64,000 nucleotides of DNA from Mobula hypostoma (Eukaryota): positions 15,624,001-15,688,000 of the forward strand of contig NC_086110.1 of assembly GCF_963921235.1 (NCBI RefSeq), in the 5' to 3' direction. A program made the position numbers and the translations under genes. Of the stretch, positions 11,615 to 23,817 are shown in pieces (position 1 is the stretch's first letter; every line of letters begins with the position of its first letter). The notes beneath the pieces were generated by a model. The model saw only the letters and a program-made list of their open reading frames with translations, was not told the DNA's origin and did no database searches.

Positions 11615-12052
11615 GGAGTCAAAGTTCAAATTTATTATCAAAGTATATGTACATCCTCAAGACAAAGATGCAGAATAGAATCCACAAAAAGCCATACACA
11701 ATAAAGATTGACTAAAGAGGACAAATCATGCAAATAGTGAAAAAAATGTAAAATAATACATGGAAAATAATCTGCAGAGCCCCTGAAAGTGAGTCCACAA
11801 ATGTGGAGTTAGTTCAGTGCCGAGGTGGGTAAAGCAGGTCCAGGAGCTCGATCACAAACAAGAGAAAACCTGTAGATGCTGGAATTCCAAGCAACACACA
11901 CCAAGAGTCTCGGCCCAAAACATTGACTGTTTACTCCTTTCCATAGATGCTGCCTGGGCTGCTGAGTTCCTCCAGCATTTTCCACGTGCCCAATGGCTAC
12001 AAGGGAATAACTGCTCTTGAACATGGTGGCGTGGGACCCTAGACTCCTGAAC
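11615..12052 (-). mobile_element. Rex1/Babar 3'UTR containing a Penelope-derived hammerhead remnant (~11855-11982)
   Basis: Tail caaagttcaaatttattatcaaag; internal acaagagaaaacctgtagatgctgg..gtctcggcccaaaacattgactg..gctgagttcctccagc. Confidence 0.6.
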
Positions 12053-12192
12053 NNNNNNNNNNNNNNNNNNNNNNNNNNNNNNNNNNNNNNNNNNNNNNNN
12101 NNNNNNNNNNNNNNNNNNNNNNNNNNNNNNNNNNNNNNNNNNNNNNNNNNNNNNNNNNNNNNNNNNNNNNNNNNNNNNNNNNNNNNNNNNNN
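12053..12192. other. Assembly gap (140 N)
   Basis: Run of n. Confidence 1.
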
Positions 12193-12194
12193 TA

Positions 12195-12268
12195 GTGAGA
12201 GAGAGGGGGGAGAGAGACAGCGGGGGAGAGAGTGAGTGAGAGAGAGAGCGAGAGAGAGGAGAGAGAGG
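12195..12268. repeat. (GA)n-rich microsatellite bordering the gap
   Basis: gagagagagggggg..gagagagagc. Confidence 0.85.
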
Positions 12269-12944
12269 TCAACACAGGCAGACGGCGCTGAACAAAGGTT
12301 TGGTTTCCACTCTCGGGCCTCAACACTTTAATCTTGCTCAATGACTAGTTAGACTTCAAAGCTGGTGGCTGATACAGGCTAACAGCTAAATATTTACTCT
12401 TGAATCAGTGGTGAAAATATCCCTGTTGTCATAGCGGGTGATTTTGCACAGAACATAAGGTGATATTTTTGCCCAGTCTGCCTCAGCCTATATGTCCTCC
12501 TAGTGCATACAAGACAAATAAGATTTCCTTTTCAAATAAGATTGTACTCATCCTCTCAGCTTTGGATGTTGATCAAATATTGCACCAAGTTTCTTCTCAT
12601 GGTCTTTGACATCATCAAATGCTCTTGAGTTTCTTATATGACTCCACCATCTGTTATTCCCTACATAAACACGGAAAATGTAAATGACTCACCAATATTT
12701 ATAAAATTGCAGGAAGAACTAACATAAACCTAAACAGCCATATACTACTGAATGTGACTTTATGGTAGAAGTGACCTGTTGGTCTCCAGAATTGTGTATT
12801 CATGAACTCTCCCCAGTCCAGAAACTTGGAAGGAGATATACTGTAAACAATAGTTCCAGGAGGGGACAAACACGAGAAATGTAAAGTAAACTAGCAAATA
12901 TCTACATCAATAGTATTAGTGATCACTTTGCTGGACTGGCTACT

Positions 12945-13135
12945 ATGACCATTGATGGAGATACTGGAGTTCAAATCCCACCTGGGGAATTTAAACTCAA
13001 ATAGTTAAATGAACCTTGAGTTAAAATCAAAACTTGTTTCAGAATAGTAACCGCAAGACTATGGGATCATCATAAAAATCTTCCTGGTTTGACCTTCAGG
13101 AAAGAAGTCTGCCATCCTCCCCTTATAGGGCTCAT
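12945..13135 (+). mobile_element. Old chondrichthyan SINE or LINE-5'UTR fragment
   Basis: B-box-like gagttcaaatcccacc..ccttcaggaaagaagtctgccatcct; reverse-homologous to 37420-37720. Confidence 0.45.
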
Positions 13136-13139
13136 GGAA

Positions 13140-13292
13140 AGTCATGTAGAGATACTTCATGGAAAGAGACTCTTTGGCCCACCGAATCTGTGCTGACCAT
13201 TAACTACCCATTTACACTAATCCCATATGTTACGCTCCCAGATTCGACCACACACCTACACTCTAGGGGTAATTTACAATAGCCAATTAGCA
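13140..13292 (-). mobile_element. V-SINE/CR1-tail fragment
   Basis: ctttggcccaccgaatctgtgctgacc..cacctacactctaggggtaatttacaatagccaatta. Confidence 0.5.
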
Positions 13293-13294
13293 TA

Positions 13295-13878
13295 TCATAG
13301 AAAAGTACAGCACAGAAACAGGCCTTTTGGCCCATCTAGTCCATGCCAAACCATTTAAACGGCCTACTCCCATCAACCTGCACCAGGACTATACCCTCTA
13401 GCCCTCCATATACCCACTGTCCACCGTCTACCCACCCAATCTTCTCTTAAACGTTGAGATTGAGCTTGCATGCACAATTTGTGCTGACAGCTCGTTCCAC
13501 ACTCTCATAACCCTCTGAATGAAGAAGTTTTCCTTCATGTTCCCCTTAATCTTTTCACCTTTCACCCTTAACCCATGACTTCTGGTTGTAGTCCCATCCA
13601 ACCTTAGTGGACAAAGTTTGCTTGCACTTACCCTATCTATACCCCTCATAATATTGTATACCTCTATCAAATCTCCTCTCAATCTTTCTATGTTCCAAGG
13701 AATAAAGTCCTAATCTATTCAATCTTTCCATTTAACTCAGGACCTCCAGATCTGGCAACATCCTTGAAAATTTTCTCTGTACTCTTTCAACCTTATTTAC
13801 ATCTTTCCTGTAGGTGGGTGATCAAAACTGCACACAATACTCCAAATTAGACCTTGCCAATGTCTTATACAACTTCAA
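13295..13878 (-). mobile_element. CR1-type LINE 3' fragment
   Basis: ORF 13428-13682 RGDLIEVYNIMRGIDRV..FFIQRVMRVWNEL; upstream RSNLEYCVQF. Confidence 0.85.
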
Positions 13879-14522
13879 ACCATGTCTTTGGGATGCAAAT
13901 GAAGATCTTGATCGTGTACTGTCAGCACTGGAGTGAATCCGTGCCGTTTCATGGTATGCTGATCATGAAACAGGCAAAGATCTATCATGATGAACTGAAA
14001 ATTGAAGGCAATTGTGAATATTCTGCAGGTTGGTTGCAGAAATTTAAAGAAAGGAGCGGCATTAAATTTTTTAAGTGTCACTTAAGAAAATCCAACACCG
14101 GAACTAGTCTATAATGTTGATTGTTTATATAACTTACATAAAACCTAAAAAAAATGGTAAAATACAAATACTGTGTACTGTAACCTTATAAACAAAACAC
14201 AACATTGTAGCTGGAGACATTGTTCGTTGTTGTGCAACAGCTGATTCAGGTATTCTCCCAACGCTACTATGCTGCTTTTGTTACCCTGCACACATCATAT
14301 TTTCATTATATTAATGGTATTTAACAATTTTTACTGTTAAGTACATACTGTCCATGTGATAAACAAGTGTAAGACAAAAACTGCTTACCAGTAGCAGATA
14401 AATTCAGAGTCAGAAATAATGGCAGTCCCGAGCTATCTTATTATATATTCAAAATCCAAAACAATCCAAAATACAAAACTCTCCTAGCCCTAAGCATTTC
14501 GGATAAGGGCTACTCAATCTAC
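13879..14522 (+). mobile_element. Tigger/pogo-type DNA transposon remnant
   Basis: CENP-B-like HTH fragment GMLIMKQAKIYHDELKIEGNCEYSAGWLQKFKERSGIKF; right end ccctaagcatttcggataagggctactcaatcta resembles a Tigger4-type TIR. Confidence 0.7.
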
Positions 14523-14599
14523 ATTAATGAGTAAGCTTGAACAATGGCAGAAAGTTATTCAGTAAGGCACGTAGCATCTGTCAAATTAGCCATCATCCT

Positions 14600-14875
14600 A
14601 TTGCGTGGTGGACACAATGTTTGTGGAGGCTGGGAGGCAGAAGAAGCTGTCCTGTCCTGGGGGTGTGAGGGTGGAAGGGGGTTCATTTTTCTGCTTGTTG
14701 TCTTCTGTGTTGTTCTGCCGAGCATGGTGGTCGTGCTGTGCTGGTGCCAGTGTGTGTGCTGACACTTGTGGGCTGCCCCCAGCACAACCTTGGGTGTGTT
14801 GGTTGTTTACACAAATGATGCATTTCGCTCTGTGTTTTGATGTACAGTACATTTAATAGATAAATCGGAATCAAA
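14600..14875 (+). mobile_element. Tail-family element fragment (see 2720-3365)
   Basis: gttctgccgagcat..gacacttgtgggctgcccccagcac..gttttgatgtaca. Confidence 0.6.
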
Positions 14876-15074
14876 GTCCGACAGGTTCGAGGGGCTGAAA
14901 GGTCTTCTCAGTTCTAGTTCTTCTGGTCCTATTTGTCACACATTAAGTTCACTTAAAACCTTGCCAGGAACCAGCAGAGTGATTTAGCCAGACCTGTTTG
15001 GCGGCAGATCTCATGGCATCCCAGAAGGGGCTCACCAAAACACTGAGGAACCCAGGCCAATCCCTATAACTCAG

Positions 15075-15230
15075 AAATGTAAGGGATTCTGCAGAGACTG
15101 GAAATATACAGAAGATGCTGGAGGAAGTCAGCAAGTCAGGCCGCGGCTATGGAAAGGAATAAACAGTTGACGTTTCAGGCCGAGACCCTTCATCAGGACC
15201 CGAGTTCCTGCAGCATTTTGAGTGTGTGTA
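15075..15230 (-). mobile_element. Penelope-derived partial hairpin element with hammerhead
   Basis: Minus ggtc-CTGATGA-agggtctcggcct-GAAAC-GTC-aactg at 15164-15200; short inverted arm gagttcctgcagcattttg. Confidence 0.7.
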
Positions 15231-15879
15231 CCCAACAGCTCGGAACATTGAGAATGTCTCTGGAGACATGACTATTTTTCATACTAGTCTGTTCAGTAAT
15301 TGATTGCTTTGAGATGTATCGCTGAGAAAACTCATTAATGCTCAAATCATAAGAAGATGCATTCAAGCATACGCACAAAGAACGTGATCTGTGTTTGGCA
15401 GGAGTTTGTAACTTTAGTCATGACAATATTTTTAGCAGATGTGTTTGGTTCATTTGACAACTAGGATCACTGTTCTCCCAAACTCATTTTTTATGGCTCC
15501 CATGAGGGATTACAGAAGGTACATATCCAGCAGTGCCTTTGGACCCTCAGAATTAGAGTGTCCCTCACGGACCTTGATGATTTCTGTCTGTTTTAAAGGC
15601 AATTACACATATCAGTCCTCGCAACAGATGGGACAGCCCTAAATAAAGCTCAGCTCAGTGGTTGTATAGGCCAATAAATCAGGACAGTTACGCTATTTTT
15701 TATACATAAACAGCACAGTCTCTAGAAGTTACTTCCTTCAAAACCACAGAACAGAGAGCAAAAAGATCTGGGAGAGCTTCTGCTGTGTGAGGGATTCCAG
15801 AAAGAAAGGTGTGATGGGCGGAGATGGGCAAAGCTTGGGTCTGAACGACTGAGTGAGTGAGGCCTCTGCTGGTCAGGAT

Positions 15880-16222
15880 GAAGCAAGGATGTTGCATCTT
15901 AGTTGTGTAGATACTCAATACAGAGAGCAAGCTCCCCCCTCTACACATCTGATGAACTCAAAGGAACAGCAGGCACCGATACCAATAGCATCACAGGAGT
16001 TGCCAGTCAGCATTGAACTCAACATAGGACTGCCTTAGGGACTCCAGCTCCGGATTTTTCCTCAGGGTTTACTCCTGAAGCCTTCCCAATGAGTGGGTAT
16101 AGCCACAGGGCAGAAGGGGTTTGAGATCAGAGTTTTCCCTCTCCTAGGTGAGCTGCCAACATGGCTGATGAGCTCCGTCTGCCCAAAGCGACTGGTTTTA
16201 AGGTGCCAGTAACCCACTTCTG
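15880..16222 (-). mobile_element. RTE-type 5'UTR-derived element (tentative)
   Basis: gggactccagctccggattttt..gagtgggtatagcc..ggctgatgagctccgtctgcccaaagcgactgg resembles RTE-clade 5' regions (recall only). Confidence 0.4.
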
Positions 16223-17134
16223 AATTGCTATAAGGGGTTAAATCCAACAGGGGACTTCAGAAGAAACTTCCACCCAGTGTGTTGTTCGAATGTGGAGCAT
16301 GCTCTCTCCAAGGAGTGTTTTGGACAAATAGCATATTAGTCTGTGAAGGAGAAAGGAACACTGGGGGATGGGGATGGCGATGAGTTCCGATGCAAAAGGG
16401 CAGGAGGTGGATTACACTAGCAAAGACCTGCTGAGCCAAATGAAACATTGCTGCATGGTAGGCTCAGCATTATCGATGTAACAGCTTTTCAAAGGCTGTA
16501 GAACTTCTAAATCCTTCATCGAGAAGGTAATTTCTATGGTATTCCCGACACATCGAGGTATTGCTAAACCCTACATAATTGGTGCTTGGATGGGCAAACA
16601 TAGTTTTGAATCCTCTGTCTTAAAAATCAAACTACAGCAAGGAAATATAACTTTCAACCCTCATGATTCTGTGAGGTTACTTTCTGATCCTTGAGTGCAT
16701 TTCCATGCTGAAGCCTTATGAACCATTCTGCAGCTCTTTGCAAGTAATCTGCACTCTGCTATATATTGGACCCCGATGCAAATTCCAATGTTATATTAAA
16801 TATTGCCACAGTAGGTATAACTTTTCTCCTGCACCTCTCAAGAAGAGGTGGCTCAATATTCTGTATAATGACGGTAAATCTATTAATTATGCCTATTATT
16901 AACGTCTTGGAGAAAAGTGTTAGATTAATCTTAGAGTAAGTTAAAAGATCGACTCAACATCATGGGCTAAAGGGTTGGTACAGTTCTGAAATGTTCTATG
17001 TTTTATATGTTTATTGTTTGTTAAGTCTGCCTAGTATTTTCACAGAGTCCAATATTACATTTATCCACTAAACTTTCCAAATCAAAGGGAACTATATAAT
17101 TTTAACAGCTGTTCAAAAATAACAATAGAGGGAA

Positions 17135-17400
17135 ACCTTATGGCCCATGATGTCTGCAGACCTTTTAACCTGCTCTAAGATCAATCTAACCCTTCCCTCA
17201 GAGATAACCCTCCACTTCTTTATCATCCATATGCCTATCTAACAATTTCTTAAATGCCCTTAATGAATTTGCCCCTATCACTACCCCTGGCAGGGGTTCC
17301 CACACACTCACCACCCTCTGTGTAAAGAATTTAACTCTGACATCCCCCTATACTCTCCTGCAATTACCTTAAAATTATGCCCCCTCGTATTAGCTAATCC
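17135..17400 (-). mobile_element. CR1-type LINE 3' fragment
   Basis: ctctaagatcaatctaacccttccc..accaccctctgtgtaaagaatttaactctgacatcccc. Confidence 0.7.
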
Positions 17401-17844
17401 ACTCGATCCAGGGTTTAGGATCTACTCTGTTCAATTGCCATTGGTGGAGGAAAGCATTTTTGAATGCACAAAAACAGGAGTATTGAGAAGCCAGTGTGAG
17501 GTAGGATAAAAAGATTACACAGAAAAGGAAGGCCTCAGACATCATTTTAACACAAAGGCCTTTTTAAGAGCAGGGGCTGGTGAAAGTCAGTGAGCGATGA
17601 AATGATGGGAGATGCGAGTTTGAACTTCCACGGCAGAACTTTGATGTGTGGAGGGACATTGAATCCAACATTTCCAGCCATGTGCAGTTGCCCAGAGAGG
17701 CTGCTGTTGGTAATGTGCATTCACAGAGTAGCCCCATGTGCAAAAATCCACAGCACAATTGGTATAATCCAGAGGAAAACGTAAAATGAACAACGGACTC
17801 CAGAAATAGACTTAAAGATAACGTAGAGGAGATATAAGAAGTCT

Positions 17845-18515
17845 CGGTCAAAGTAAATATATTATCAAAGTACATATATGTTACTATATGCTACCTTGAG
17901 GTGTATTTCTTGCAGGCATTTACAGGAAAATAAAGATACACTATAGAATTTATGAAAAGCTATAAAAAAACAAAGACTGACAAGCAACCAATGTGCAAAA
18001 GAAGACAAACTGTTCAAATAAAAAAAATTAATAAATAATACTGAGATCATGAGTGCAGAATCCTGGAAAGTGAGTCTGTAGGTTGTGGAGTTAGTTCAGA
18101 GTTGCGGTGAGTGAAGATATCCACACTGATTCAAGAGCACAATGGCTGTAAGGAAGTAAATGTTCCTGAACCTGTTGGTGTGGAACCTAAGGCTGCTGTA
18201 CCTCCATTTCTGATGGCACTAACAAGAGGAGTGTATGGCCTGGATGGTGGGTGGTCCTTTAAAATTGGTGCTGCTTTCTTGTAGCAGTGCCTCACAATTG
18301 GGAGGGCTTTGCCGGTGATGGAATGGGATATCCAGCACTTTCTGTAGAGCTTTCCATCCCGGGCTATTGGTGTTTCATACCGGGCTGTGATGCAGCCAGT
18401 TAGGATACTCTCCGCTGTGCAGCTATAGGAGTTTCTGGTGAAGTGACGAATCTATGCAAACATCCAAGAAAGTAGAAGTGCTGCTGAGCCTTCTCGTGCT
18501 GGTCCCAGGAACAGA
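17845..18515 (-). mobile_element. Rex1/Babar-type LINE 3' fragment
   Basis: Tail caaagtaaatatattatcaaagtac; aagaaagtagaagtgctgctgagccttc (KAQQHFYF, minus). Confidence 0.75.
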
Positions 18516-18516
18516 T

Positions 18517-19345
18517 CTGATTTCTGAATGGACATTGAACCCATGAACACTACCTCACTACTTTTTTATTTCTATTTTTGAACTACTTATTTAATTTAAC
18601 TATTTAATATATGCCTACTTACTGTAATTCACATTTTCTTTCTATTAATATGTATTGCATTGTACTGCTGCCACAAAGACAACAAATTTGTCGTCCGGTG
18701 AAAAATGATATTGTATCTGTTAAATAGAGGCCGTGGACAATTCTGATTTGATGGAGAGGGACGTGAAAGCACAGAGGAACATCTGGAGAAATTTCTGAAA
18801 CGCTCATTCGCTGCTGTCGTTACTGCGTGGTTGGGAACCTTTCGGAGGGTGGGCCTCAAAATTCTCGGCTTTGCCTGCTGTTGGTGACCAAGGTTGAGGT
18901 CGAATTGTTCGGACAGAGATGGTGCTCAGTACTCGGTGTCGGAGAGCTGATCAGAGCTCAAAGTTTTTGTTTGACTCAGAGTTGGACTGTGGTTGGCATG
19001 GCAGGGAGAGTTCTTCCTTCTCCCGCCTGTGTGAGATGTGGGACATTTGAGAGACTTTGAACTTTTACTGTGTTCATGGACTTCTTCACCAAATTATGGT
19101 ATTGTTGCACTGTTGTAACTATATGTTATAATTATGTGGTTTTGTTAGTTTTTTCAGTCTTGGTCTGTCCTGTGTTTTGTGATATCACACCGGAGGAAAT
19201 ATTATATCATTTCTTAATGCATGCATTACTAAATGACAATAAAAGTGGACTGTGTATCTTCATAATCTAATCTAAAAAAAAATTTCATGACACATACTGG
19301 TGATATTATATCTGATTTTGATTTTGATTCTGATTCTGGTTTTGA
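18517..19345 (+). mobile_element. Rex1/Babar 3'UTR split by ~590-bp element
   Basis: Matches 1367-1565 on both sides of the insert; (gattyt)n tail at 19314-19348. Confidence 0.75.
18690..19279 (+). mobile_element. ~590-bp non-tRNA SINE-like element, copy A
   Basis: Homologous to 23012-23528 and 47589-48183; (aatct)n tail; possible TSD aaattt 18684-18689/19280-19285. Confidence 0.75.
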
Positions 19346-19639
19346 TTCATAAATAAAACATTTATAACCTGAGAAGGACTTGTACCTTTGAATATAACTT
19401 CAATTTGTTTAAATCAGAATTGACTCCTAGACTGCAGCCAATGTCTTTAATGCTTCTAGTTGAACCACTGATTTTTAGAGAAGTGACCTTACGTATCTGA
19501 TGAATTGCATTTCCCTCAGTAGCGCTTTGGAGCTTCACAGAATGACATGAGCTCAAATGCAAGTTGTGGGACCCAGTGTCATATCCCAACAGACATATAA
19601 GACAGATACATACATATAACATCCATGGCCAATTACATT

Positions 19640-19755
19640 CATAAGATCACAAGGCATAGGAGCAGAATAAGGCCATTCGGCCCACCGAATCTGTTCTGGC
19701 ATTTGATCATGACTGATTTATTATCCTTCTCAACCCCGTCCACCTGCCTTCTTTT
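19640..19755 (-). mobile_element. CR1-type 3' tail
   Basis: cataagatcacaaggcataggagcagaataaggccattcggccc. Confidence 0.65.
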
Positions 19756-20477
19756 CTGCATTTCTGCAGTATTCCCAGCTTGACGCTTTGACATTTTCAG
19801 CAGGTCCAAGCCCCAGACTTGTTTTACTTTGAGTAGCAACAGGGTGGAAACATGCTAGGCATGAACAAAATGTAAAGTGAAGAACTGCTTTTTGTTGTTC
19901 TGGCACTATCTACCAAAAAGAAGGTTCAGGGGAATGGGAGTTGGGAAGGAATCAAACCTCCCCAATGTTATCGACCAAATGCAATTATTCAACATTTTTC
20001 TATTTTTTTCTTTTTTTTCCTTCTGTCATGGCAGGTGGCCATTCATTCATTAGTTCAATGCCAGTTCTGGAATCACTTCCATCAATCCCCTCTTGCTTCC
20101 TTGCAACTTAATCTCACACAGATAACTATCAACTCTCTCTCTTACCTCTTCTTGTTCAAACTCCCTGCTGCTCCTCCAGGCTAGGTGTTATATTCAAAAT
20201 GTGAGAGCAAACAGAAGGCTAGAGGCTTTGTCAAAAAGTCATATTTCACGGCTCGAGTGAAAGAAGACACAACTGTTTCCTCGTGAATCAATGAATCATT
20301 TACTCGACTTAGAAAAATGATTCTCCTATTCATAAAGCATCAAATCAGAGTAGATTTGGTCTCAATGAAAATGCCATCTATGTGGAATGTTAGTTCTGTT
20401 TCTCTGCTGCCCGGCTTTCTGGGTATTTCTGGCATTTTAATTTATGTTTCAGGTTTCCAGTCTTAACTGCATATATT

Positions 20478-20612
20478 TAGATTCAGATTCAGATTGATTT
20501 ATCACGTGTACATTGAAACATGCAGTGAAATGCATTATTTGCATTCACAGCCAACTAAGGATGTGCTGGGGGCAGTCCACAAGTGTTGTCACACATTGTG
20601 TTGTCAACACAT
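20478..20612 (-). mobile_element. Tail-family element fragment
   Basis: (agattc)n + tttatcacgtgtacattgaaacatgcagtgaaatgc. Confidence 0.6.
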
Positions 20613-21234
20613 ATTGCTTTTGTACAAATGTATATCTGGCAATCAGCTGATTATCAAGTGTGATTACTGAAATCAGCCTGTGAATGAATAATATCCAGTT
20701 ATATTCCAGGCAGTTACTTTACTGTAATACAAATCACTACCCATTAGATAAGAAACAATAAACAACAAGTGTATATTGCATGACTGATTGCCTCTATTTC
20801 TGTAATTGACCTCAATGCATTTGTGGCTTAAGTGAAGAATTCTAGCTGCACTAACCTCCATTCACTATACTTTCCGAAGTCATGCAGGTTGGATGTGAGC
20901 TTTCTCCTTCTTCTGTCTTTTCAGTAACATGTCTGCATTGAGTAGACAGGCCACCCTTATTGGAGGTAATCTCTCCCTTTCTCCCTCCTGTTTCAGTTCA
21001 GTTTGCATTGTTCAGAAAGTTTGCCAGTCTTCTACACTTCCTAATGAAAGGATTAAATTTAAGGAATTGGAAACTCTGAATCAGCACCATCCCTATTTAA
21101 ACAGCCCTGATACAGAGGTATTTCCTGCAGCTTATTATGGCACCTAGCAGAAGAGATGTCCTAGGCTTTCTCACCTGCAGTCTAGCTCAAGACCAGCTGC
21201 AAAGCAGCTTCACTTGTATGATTGATCATCAGTT

Positions 21235-22670
21235 AGAAAACATAGAAACATAGAAAACCTACAGCACAATACAGGCCCTTCAGCCCACAATGCTGTGCCG
21301 AATATGTACTTACTTTAGAAATGACCTCGGATTACTCATAGCCCTCTATTTTTTTAAGCTCCATCTGCCTATCCAGGAGTCTCTTAAAAGACCCTATTGT
21401 ATCCACCTCCATCACCATTGCCAGCAGCCCATTCCACGCACTCACCATTCTCTGCGTAAAAAACTTACCCCTGACATCTCCTCTGTACCTACTTCCAAGC
21501 ACCTTAAGATTGTGCCCTCTCACGTTAACCATTTCAGCCCCAGGAAAAAGCCTCTGACTATCCACATGATCAATGCCTCTCATCATCTTATACACCTCTA
21601 TCAGGTCACCTCTCATCCTCTGTCGTTCCAAGGAGAAAAGGCAGAGTTCACTTAACCTATTCTCATAAGGCATGCTTCCCAATCCAGACAACATCCTTGT
21701 AACCCTCTTCTGCACCCTTTCTGAGGTTTCCACATCCTTCCTGTAGTGAGGTGACCAGAACTGAGCGCAGTACTTCAAGTGGGGTCTGACCAGGGTCCTA
21801 TATAGCTGTAACATTACCTCTTGGCTTTTAAACTCAATCCCACAGTTGATGAAAGCTAATGCACCGTATGCCTTCTTAGCCACAGAGTCAACCTGCGTAG
21901 CAGCTTTGAATGTCCTATGGACTCAGACTCCAAGATCCCTCTGATCCTCCACACTGCCAAGAGTCTTAACATTAATACTATATTCTGCTATCATATTTGA
22001 CCTACCAAAATGAACCACCTCACACTTATCTGGGTTGAACTCCATCTGCCACTTCTCAGCCCAGTTTTGCATCCTATCAATGTCCCGCTGTGACCTCTGA
22101 CAGACCTCCGTGTTATCCCACCCCCAACTTTTCTGTCATCAGAAAATTTACTAACCCATCCCTCCACTTCCTCATTCAGGTCACATAAAAATCACGAAGA
22201 GAAGCGGTCCCAGAACAGATCCCTGAGGCGCACCACCTCCATGCAGAATACGACCCTTCTGCAACCACTCCTTGCCTTCTGTGGGCAAGCCAGTTCTGGA
22301 TCCACAAAGCAAGGTCCCCTTGGATCCCATACCTCCTTACTTTCTCAATAAGCCTCGCATGGGGTACCTTATCAAATGCCTTGCTGAAATCCATATACAC
22401 TACATCTACTGCTCTACCTTCATCAGTGTGTTTAATCACATCCTCAAAAAATTCAATCAGGCTTGTAAGGCACGACTTGCCTTTGACAAAGCCATGCTGA
22501 CAATTCCCAATCATATTATGCCTCCCCAAACGTTCATAAATCCTGCCTCTCAGGATCTTCTCCATCAACCTACTAACCACTGAAGTAAGACTCACTGGTC
22601 TATAATTTCCTGGGCTATCTCTGCTCCCTTTCTTTAATAAAGGAACGACATCTGCAACCCTCCAATCCTC
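21235..22670 (-). mobile_element. CR1-type LINE, RT domain to 3' end (frameshifted pseudogene)
   Basis: QHGFVKGKSCLTSL..DVVYMDFSKAFDKVPH (22176-22595); LYRTLVRPHLKYCAQFWSP..RGDLIEVYKMM (21332-21883); (tttctatg)n tail. Confidence 0.9.
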
Positions 22671-22719
22671 AGCATATGAAATTCGCTCTCAGTGATTGCA
22701 ACAAATGTTTAGTTAAATG

Positions 22720-23632
22720 ATGCACCTACTTATGAGGGGAGGGGTTCTCACTGAAACCTATTGAATAATGTGAAGTCCAGATAAAAGTGGATGTGGAGAA
22801 GTTGCTTCCAATAATGGGAGAGTCCAGGACCAGGGGGCACAGTCTCAGAATAGAAGGACTTTAAAATAGAGAGGAGGAGGAATTTCTTTAGCCAGAGTGT
22901 GATGAATCTGCAGAATTCATTGCTACAGATGCTGTGGAGGCCAATTCTTTGGGCATATTTAAAGAGCATGTTGAAGGTTCTTTATTACTAAGGCCATCAA
23001 GGGTTACAGGGAGATTAGATTATGAAGACATGCAGTCCTCTTTTATTGCCATTTAGTAATGCATGCATTAAGAAATAATACAATATTTCCTCCGGTGTGA
23101 TATCACAAAACACAGGACAGACCAAGACTGAAAAAACTAACAAAACCACATAATTATAACATATAGTTACAACAGTGCAACAATACCATAAGTAGATGAA
23201 GAAGTCCATGAGCACAGTAAAAAGTTCAAAGTCTCTCAAATGTCCCACATCTCATGCAGACGGGAGAAGGAAGAAAAACTCTCCCTGCCATGCCTGACCA
23301 CAGTCTGACTCTGAGTCATCCGAAAACTTCGAGCCTCCGATCAGCTCTCCGACACCGAGTACTGAGCGCCATCTCTGTCCGAATGATTCAACCTTAATCT
23401 CGGTCGCCAACAACAGGCAAAGCTGGGGATTTTGAGGCCTTCCCTCCGGAAGATTCCCGACCGCGCTGTAACAACAGCAGCAATCTGGCATTTCAGAAAT
23501 TTCTCCAGATGTTTCTCTGTGCTTTCACAGGCAGGTGAATGGAGTTGAGAAGGATAATAAATCAGTCATGATGGAATAGCAGAGCACACTTGATGGGCTG
23601 AATGGTCTGATTCTGTGCCTATGTCTTATGAT
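22720..23632 (+). mobile_element. CR1-type LINE 3' end split by ~590-bp element copy B
   Basis: gaggaatttctttagccagagtgtgatgaatctg..gggttacagggag | insert | aggcaggtgaatggagttgag..cctatgtcttatg. Confidence 0.75.
23012..23528 (-). mobile_element. ~590-bp SINE-like element, copy B (5'-truncated)
   Basis: Highly similar reverse complement of 18765-19275. Confidence 0.8.
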
Positions 23633-23817
23633 CATACGATGAATTTAGCCCAGGAGGTGTATACTGTCTCTCCACTGTAAAGAACCACAGTTTGAGCGCA
23701 GTTGTAGATCATGGACTCTGACAGAACCCCATCCATTTTGAAAAGGAGAAAAGAGACATTAAAGAGAAGAAATAAAGCTGTTTCGCAGATGAGCTCGAAG
23801 AAGCCGCCCACCGATGA

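Noticed and set aside
13879-14114. Domesticated TIGD/JRK host gene
   Set aside because: Short fragment followed by stops and a TIR, and abutted by CR1; consistent with a fossil transposon.
20900-21122. Candidate small exon(s): polypyrimidine-cag at 20924 and GAG/gtaatc donor at 20966
   Set aside because: The 41-nt exon gives no recognisable peptide; splice-like motifs arise by chance and need RNA-seq support.
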